The translations under genes were made by a program, and so were the position numbers. DNA of 64,000 bases. Source: Thermoplasmata archaeon (GTDB taxonomy: Archaea > Thermoplasmatota > Thermoplasmata > RBG-16-68-12 > JAFNFQ01). Shown here one piece after another: positions 61,066 through 64,000 of the stretch. Under the pieces are notes generated by a model, which worked only from the letters and a program-made list of their open reading frames with translations, was not told the DNA's origin and did no database searches. Location of the stretch: assembly GCA_041489255.1 (NCBI GenBank), contig JBGPQV010000009.1, positions 1-64,000 on the forward strand, given 5' to 3'. Positions within the stretch are counted from its first letter, which is position 1. Every line of letters starts with the position of its first letter.

Positions 61066-61200
61066 TCTGTAACAGGTTAATGAAAGAGGCAGTATTTGGC
61101 ACTTTCTGTTAACGCGTCACAGAAGGACACCCATATGGGCCGGATAGCTAAGAATGGCGTTGGGCAATCTATATATGCGCGCAAGACCATACTGCTTGTA

Positions 61201-61452
61201 ATGCGTGTCATTACAATCCGCTTGGACGCGGAAACCGAGAACGCCATGAAGGGAGTCAGAGGAATCAACTGGAGCGAGGTGCTCCGGCGGAGGATCAGAG
61301 ATGTATCCCGCAGGCATTCCCGCCAGAACAAGGTCAAGGCCCTGCTGGCTTCTCAGGAGCTTTCCAGGAAGCCCGCCAAGGGCTTTGAAAGCACTAAGGT
61401 AATCCGCAACTGGAGGGACCGAAGGCATGGCGCGGTGCGTGCCGGACGCTAG
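61201..61452 (+). CDS. vapB: VapB-type antitoxin
   Basis: VITIRL...MK....INWSEVLR RHH-like N-terminus; IR..RD C-terminus; overlaps PIN gene. Confidence 0.8.
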   Translation: MRVITIRLDAETENAMKGVRGINWSEVLRRRIRDVSRRHSRQNKVKALLASQELSRKPAKGFESTKVIRNWRDRRHGAVRAGR

Positions 61453-61858
61453 CGTCGTGGTCAAATGGTTCCTCGAGGAGGAGTTCTCCCGAGACGCCCG
61501 GAGGCTGAGAGACGACTACGCCTCTGATGCTGTCGAGCTGGAGGCGCCATCCCTGCTACCATTCGAAGTCCTCAACGCGGTTCGTTATGCCGGAGTGTTC
61601 TCGGCGAAGGAGTTGCGGCGGGTGGCCGAGGCGCTCGACGCCTTCGCCATACCCACCAACCCGTTGGAAGGCCCCCTGGCGGTGAACACTTTGGAGGTGG
61701 CGTCGACGACGGGACTCACCGTGTACGATGCCAGCTACGTCGCCTTGGCTCGCGAGGTCGGTGGCATCCTGTACACCGCGGATCGCGCTTTGATCGCCGC
61801 CACGAAGCGTCTCGGTGTGGCCGCCCACATCGAGAGATACAAGACTCCTGATGAATGA
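61427..61858 (+). CDS. vapC: VapC PIN-domain toxin
   Basis: DASVVVKWF, EVLNA, LTVYDASYVALA, LYTAD. Confidence 0.9.
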   Translation: MARCVPDASVVVKWFLEEEFSRDARRLRDDYASDAVELEAPSLLPFEVLNAVRYAGVFSAKELRRVAEALDAFAIPTNPLEGPLAVNTLEVASTTGLTVYDASYVALAREVGGILYTADRALIAATKRLGVAAHIERYKTPDE

Positions 61859-62045
61859 AGACCGCGGATGCATTACATTGGAACCCGCATCCCTCCGGGA
61901 AGCATCTCAGCAGCTTCCCGGGCAGCCTGTCGTCAAGCTCCTCGATGTCGCGGTCCACGGGCTCAATCACGCGGATGCCATGCCTCTTGAGGCTCTCCCG
62001 CTTCGTCTTCGGCCATTTCACGAAGCGCGCACGATCTGAGTATGT

Positions 62046-62429
62046 TTAGATCAACAGAGCGGCTTGCTCGACCGTCCCGCCGCAGAGTTCGACCGATTCG
62101 CTATCACTCTGCGGGCCCAATACCCCGCCTGTCGAATCCGCGGACACTTGGTGCGTCTGACAGGAGTCGACGAGCCATGTTATATCGAACGTGTACTGGA
62201 TGGACCCCAAGGGCGAGAGAGTCCCGCTGTACTTCAACTGACCGTCCAGAAACACCCGGTATTCCACATCATTCACCAGATGCGTGCTCGTCACGGTCAC
62301 AACGATCTTGCCGTTCTTCGAGATCATGAAGAACCCGATCAGTGCGACAACCACCACGATAACGACCACGATGATAATACCAGTGTGCTTCTTGGACCGT
62401 GCTTGTTGCATCGGCTGAGGCTGTGCCAT
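62046..62429 (-). CDS. Small single-TM membrane protein with extracellular beta domain
   Basis: IIIVVVIVVVVALIGFF TM followed by a beta-rich domain with two Cys. Confidence 0.6.
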   Translation of the reverse strand: MAQPQPMQQARSKKHTGIIIVVVIVVVVALIGFFMISKNGKIVVTVTSTHLVNDVEYRVFLDGQLKYSGTLSPLGSIQYTFDITWLVDSCQTHQVSADSTGGVLGPQSDSESVELCGGTVEQAALLI

Positions 62430-62603
62430 ATACCTATGCTCCCTGCGCCAGAGATATCTCGAGAAGCCTTAAATGTTTCCGGACACCGCATGTCACCGGG
62501 CATTCGGGGTCGCGGAGCCTGCGCAATCGATGCAGGCGGTCGATGGACGCCCCTCGCTCGGACTTACCGGAACCCGTATCCCTCCGGTAAGCATTTCAGC
62601 GAG

Positions 62604-62792
62604 TCAGAAAGGCCCAATCTGAAAGACATGAGAAACAGTGACGCCTAGTAATGGTGTCGTTCTACTCTGCTGCGAGTCGGCAGGGGGATCGGGCGGGAGC
62701 GGCTTGGGGACATATGCGCGGTAGCCCTCCGGTTGCATCGCGTAGTGACCTGCGCGCTCAGTCGCCTTCGCCATATTCAAGTCAGCCTTCAC
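62604..62792 (-). pseudogene. Truncated N-terminus of a second Fic-family gene
   Basis: RAGHYAMQPEGYRAYVPKPLPPDPP matches the typical N-terminus of Fic/DOC proteins, then the similarity stops. Confidence 0.55.
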
Positions 62793-62922
62793 ACCTCAGA
62801 ACCTTTAGCAGTTAATTAGGTTCTTGGAGCTATTCTTTAACAACGTGATGGATATCTAAGTACATTCCGCCTGAAGTGAGCTGGCATGAAAGTGACGCAG
62901 CCCATGTTCCCCTATCCAAATG

Positions 62923-63026
62923 ACGAAGGGCCGCTGGCGCTTGCCCATCCTGGCCGAGTCCGCGATGATCTTGGCATACTGCCAGTACACGAGGTCGTTG
63001 AGAGTGCGGACGGCAGGTGGCGGCCT
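62923..63026 (-). pseudogene. Gene remnant, possibly N-terminus of an archaeal HNH endonuclease
   Basis: (R)PPPAVRTLNDLVYWQYAKIIADSARMGKRQRPFV; AGG where ATG would be expected; family recalled from memory only. Confidence 0.35.
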
Positions 63027-63188
63027 GGTTAGAACCGTGGGTGATAGATGGGGAGCTGTCGACCTAAATCCTCACCCTGCCGCCAGTCCGCATGCGAACC
63101 GCCATCGGTCGTCCTGTCTCGGGCGGGTCGCGCTCAGAGCGCTTGAGTGTCCGAAGAGCATCGGGTGAAGGGAACAATTAAGTATGGC

Positions 63189-63251
63189 TTCCTATATTGA
63201 TTTCCCATAAAGTACCATGAAAGAGACACTTTCAGGAAACGGATATAGGAA
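63189..63251. promoter_or_regulatory. Inverted-repeat operator over the abiEi start
   Basis: TTCCTATATnnnTTTCC (63189-63205) / GGAAAnnnATATAGGAA (63235-63251). Confidence 0.6.
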
Positions 63252-64000
63252 AAGTCTCTCTCCCACCGAGAGCCGCGTCCTCTCAGACCTCGTGTTCCAC
63301 GGCATGTCCATGTTCACCGCCAAGGACCTCGCCCCTTACGGGGTCGACGCGAAGCGCTTCCTATCGCGGCTCAGGAACAAGGGGTGGATCGCTTGGGTGA
63401 AGAGAGGCCTCTACCTGATAGCGCCGCTGGAGGCCGGGAAGGACGGCGCGAAGTCACACACCGTCCACAGCTTCGTCCTCGCATCGCACCTCGCCGAGCC
63501 CTGCTACGTGGGCTTCTGGAGCGCCCTGAGCCACCACGGCATGACGGAGGCCACGCCCCCGGTCGTGTATCTCGCGAGCACGGTACATCAGAACAGCCGG
63601 ATCATCTTCGACGTGCGCATTGTGTTCGTCACGCTGCGACCTTGGAAGATGTTCGGGACTGAGATTGTCAGGATCGAGGGGAGCGAAGTGACCGTGTCGG
63701 ACCGGGAGAAGACGGTTGTGGACTGCCTCGACCATCCGGAGCATTGTGGCGGTATCGTGCAGATCCTTGACGTCCTCGAGGACGAGTTCGACAGGGTGGA
63801 CTACGGGCGCGTGCTCCGTTATGCCCGCAGGATGAGGAACACGACGATCCTGAAGCGCCTGGGCTACCTGCTCGACATCCTCGGATACCACGATGAGGCA
63901 GGACGGATCCCGCGTGCCTCCATCGGGCAGGGGTACTCCAAGCTGGACCCCAGGTTCCCCAACGCGGGTCCGACGAACGAGCGGTGGAGGCTGCGGGTCA
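63217..64000 (+). CDS. AbiEi-family type IV TA antitoxin / transcriptional regulator (runs off window; absent from ORF track)
   Basis: wHTH LSRLRNKGWIAWVKRGLY, YVGFWSALSHHGMTE, VSDREKTVVDCLDHPEHCGG, KRLGYLL. Confidence 0.85.
   Translation, partial: MKETLSGNGYRKSLSPTESRVLSDLVFHGMSMFTAKDLAPYGVDAKRFLSRLRNKGWIAWVKRGLYLIAPLEAGKDGAKSHTVHSFVLASHLAEPCYVGFWSALSHHGMTEATPPVVYLASTVHQNSRIIFDVRIVFVTLRPWKMFGTEIVRIEGSEVTVSDREKTVVDCLDHPEHCGGIVQILDVLEDEFDRVDYGRVLRYARRMRNTTILKRLGYLLDILGYHDEAGRIPRASIGQGYSKLDPRFPNAGPTNERWRLRV

Noticed and set aside
44946-64000. Integrated element inserted at tRNA-Ala
   Set aside because: No integrase, viral or conjugation genes and no duplicated tRNA 3' end seen in the window

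Overview
High-GC archaeal chromosome segment. The gene set (aIF-1A, Rpo6, exosome Csl4, Rio1/Dim2/Nob1, VAT/CDC48, archaeal RibC/RibL) and the giant secreted proteins suggest Thermoplasmatota; this is an inference. 1-1000 holds two different 21-bp-period degenerate repeat arrays, each with inverted polarity around a centre. 1.2-37 kb is mostly housekeeping: tRNA methylthiotransferase, tRNA-Ser(GGA) with a T-loop intron, B12 radical SAM, PGI/PMI, riboflavin operon, VAT+Hsp20, rpoK, csl4, glyA, ThiF/ThiI cluster, 30S-maturation cluster with a TPD/CDIN1-like nuclease, PPDK, PrsW, tmk and HerA. It is interrupted by a 2,800-aa cadherin-repeat/TM/coiled-coil protein. 37-45 kb is a 2,536-aa pyrolysin-like subtilase with a WD40 propeller inside its catalytic domain, followed by tRNA-Ala(CGC). 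45-64 kb is accessory: surface proteins, a TPR-PIN protein, an antiporter, a GNAT, and a dense toxin-antitoxin cluster (Fic-HTH, HEPN + MNT fused to a Cas2-like domain, VapBC, gene remnants, AbiEi). All family calls come from motifs read by eye; no searches were run.
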